From NCBI GenBank assembly GCA_964276515.1, contig OZ193910.1:682001-746000 (forward strand): DNA of 64,000 nt, given 5' to 3'. Origin of the DNA: Gordius albopunctatus (lineage: Eukaryota). The notes under the pieces were generated by a model, which saw only the letters and a list, made by a program, of their open reading frames with translations, did not search any database and had not been told where the DNA came from. The stretch's first letter is position 1. Each line of letters starts with the position of its first letter. Of this stretch, positions 60,752 to 64,000 are shown piece by piece. The translations under genes were made by a program, and so were the position numbers.

Positions 60752-63700
60752 TCAAAAGGTGCCCTATCCTTAAATAGTATTTATTTGTCCACTTGGCTAG
60801 ATAACTTCTAGGGTTAGTTTATAAATTTGAATCAAATTATTAAATTATATATTTAAAAATAAAGGGTTTTTTTATTTTGAAAATGGCCCAATATGACTAG
60901 GGCCTTCGGGTCTAGAGCCTGGGGGCTCCACCCCCAGACCCGTCTCAATATTAAGCTGAAATGTATGGGATAAAATAGAGGTAATTAGCGCTTTTGACCT
61001 CTTAGAAAGATGTTTAATGCGAAAATATCTATCAAAATTAAAAATAAAGCATATAAGTCGTAAAAAATTAGGGATAGATAAAGAAGGGAAAAAACCAAAG
61101 TCTGATATGATTTTGCACTATAATTAGGGAATAATTAAATTTTGAATATTTCTTATTTATAAAGTATTTGATCCCACGGCCGTGGAGTTTGTTTTGATTA
61201 GTTTCTCCCATCTTGATCGGGTTAGAGCCATGTCTTGATCAATATTCTTAAGTCTCATAACCTTTCGACTTGCCCTTTCCCTATGACATGAGGTCGCCTT
61301 TTCCTCTCTTCCTCGGTACCTCCATGTCAAGTACTTTTCGATTTAGGTCATTCGTATCCCTTTTATTTATCCCCATACTACCTTAGCCAATTTTTGTAAA
61401 TAATTTCCGACAAGAGTTGAATACCCATTTTGATCAAAAGAAAGTCATTCGTTATATGGTCGAGCTAAGTATATCCCAAGCTCGAATGCATCATTCTCAT
61501 TTCTGTGCATTATAATAGTTTTTCTTATGGTGTTTAATGCCCATGTTTCACTTTCATAGTATAAGACCGGCTGCGACGGATTAATAAGCTTTGCTCTTCA
61601 ACCATATTGACATTTTCTTGTGACACATTACACCGAATATATTTTGCCATTTACTTCTGTTGCGCAAGCTACCTCTTGATTTAGAATCTACCCGAGGTAT
61701 GTAAACCTCTCTACTTTAGGGTACTTTAGATGTTCATCCCGCGATGGGCTATCTCAAACGTACATTTTATGAATAACATTTTTTGATCCTTGATCTTTAA
61801 AACATATTTAAGCGTTTCGACCACTTGCCGGCTTCTTCGAATACTTTCCCCTTTGTTTCCTCGCCTAGCACCATTTCATCGGCATATAGCATACATCATG
61901 GCGATGATTTAGGAATGTCTCTCGTTATCGTGTCTATAATTATATTAAATAAAAAGGGACTTAAAGCAGATCGTTGATGAAATCAAATTTTAATCCGAAA
62001 AGGATTAGAGTCTCCAACTGCCGCCTTAACGTACGAATTTGAGGCATAATTATTTTTCATAAGCCATATATGTGTCAGGGATATTTTGTTTTCTAAACTA
62101 ATTTTATAGAAGAATTTCATTGATTTGTTTTGCTGTGTACACACTTAGATAGGGACAAAAATGCTTATTTTAGCAAATTTAAACCAAAATTTAGAAAGAT
62201 GACTTATGTGAAATCTGAGAAATGGGAATGTTTTTAAATGATAAGTAACAGCAATATTTTAAGCACCTAACTGATTTTGCTTTTAAATAGTGATTGAATA
62301 AATGTGAATTAGTGGTAAAAATTTAATTTAATAATATAATTTTTATACGCAAATGTTGGTGTGTAAGTGATAATATTTTATATGGTATGATTGTTAATAT
62401 ATTTAAAATGCATTAGAAAAAAAGTTAAAGAATCCAAAGTCTCAGCTGGAATAGTTCCAGAAAATATAACCATATTCTTCCATCCTATTAAATAAATTCT
62501 AAATTAATAAAAGTATAAATTAAGTAGTTTATATTCAAAATGCTTATTAATATAATCAGCTATTGAAAAAGTTTTATTAAATGAATGACTTTATAATAGT
62601 TGTAACTTGAAGTAAAATTCTTTTTTTCCGATAAGTTTCTAATATTATTAATAAGTTGCTAATATTACAAGCTAGTGAAAAAGTTTGTAAATACCTTATC
62701 TGATGTAATAATTGTTGAAATTGTAGTAGACTTTGTATTTTGTAATAAGTAAGTTCCTAAGATTATAAATATAAATTAGTGAAAAAGTTTGTAAATTACG
62801 TGATCTCAAACGCCTTTCATTACGTGAACTCAAATGTATGTTTTTCAGAAATTTGAACCAATTATGTTACTCAAAAAATCACGTGATTGACAAAAAAGTT
62901 CTTTTTTCGTGTTTTCAACGAATGAGGAGGCGTGATTGACGTTTAGGCGATCTCAAATGCTACGTGCTCTCATACGTTACACCGGCCCTCCCTGCACCCC
63001 TTGGCTACGCCCATGCACAACAGTAACAATAGCAGTAGTCATTTAGTAACCTTGGGCAATTAATATCGTTACTTGAAAACTAAATTTTTTTATAAATAAT
63101 CTTTTTCATCTAACACTATGATTCTATTTTTTGATGACGCACGAAAGCGAAAAAAGGAGAAGTGAATTTTTGTGCTAATTTATCAAACTTTTCATTTTTT
63201 TATTAATATCTTTATATTCATCGTGAAATTTATCATATATCAATGGTATTTATTCTATAAACATATACAATTATATAAAAAATACATACATACCAAATTC
63301 CATTTTTTAACCATCGCGCGAAAAGTACAAAATGATTTGTGTCTTATTTTCGTTCGCTTTTTGCCCGGGCGAAAATAATCGTCTGCGGTTTCACTATGAA
63401 CACTCTCTATTTACAATTGTTATTTTCGTGATATATGATGAAATTTACGATGAATATAATATATTGTGAAAAATAATGAAAATTTGGATAAATTAGCACA
63501 AAAATTCATTTCGCTTAACGCGGGGTTAGGCCGCAAAGTTTTGAATGAATTAGTCTATGCTTATATCGAATTATAAAAGTAAGCCTTCAATACTCTAATT
63601 AGTGTGGGTTATGAGTATATATTTATTTTAAAATAGTATGTAATTTTTTTGTCCAGGGCCCATAGCATATTAATATAAAATTTAGCCTTTTAAATAAAGT

Positions 63701-64000
63701 TGGATAGTACATTTAAAGCCTAAGGGGTTCATTAAATATGCAATTTTTACTTTGATGTTTCTTCATGTGACATATATACTCATTTATGAACTATATTTAT
63801 TTTTAAATTTTTTATATTATGTTTAAATTCCTATAATATTACTTATCAATATTCCATTTAAATTATTCTCTAAAATAGATTACGTATGGTGTAAGTAGAT
63901 CTTTTATAAGACCAAATTCATATTTTTTTTTATAAGTTTTAAAAGTTTTTATTTCAATTAATAAATTTATTATACATTTTGAATTGCATAGGCTATTTTT

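Noticed and set aside
25470..64000. Genuine tandem duplication producing two GNL2 genes
   Set aside because: Gap-bounded, intronic placement and near-zero divergence outside repeats favour an assembly artefact; not formally excluded

Overview
AT-rich, intron-containing animal (invertebrate-like) genomic DNA with two 200-N gaps. Host genes that can be reconstructed from splice sites: a single-pass LRR membrane protein (+), a 12-exon CLK/Doa (LAMMER) kinase that the ORF track misses entirely (-), RNF146-like RING-WWE ligase (+), TMEM179-family protein (-), CC2D1/Lgd (-) and GNL2/NOG2 (-). The gap-bounded segment 25470-41673 is a near-identical copy of 48934-64000 (offset 23464) sitting inside the last CC2D1 intron, most likely a false duplication or misplaced contig. 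Transposable elements: a full-length but frameshifted RTE LINE with a 21-bp TSD, a tRNA-derived SINE sharing that LINE's 3' tail, several hAT-like MITE families, and a TTAA-bounded TIR element containing a tRNA-like unit. The most notable element is an intact CRE-clade RT + restriction-like-endonuclease retrotransposon whose poly(A) tail abuts one arm of a 34-bp TIR pair. The TIRs enclose it in a 4.2-kb DNA-transposon-like shell about 60 bp upstream of the apparent GNL2 start codon. All calls were made by eye, without database searches.
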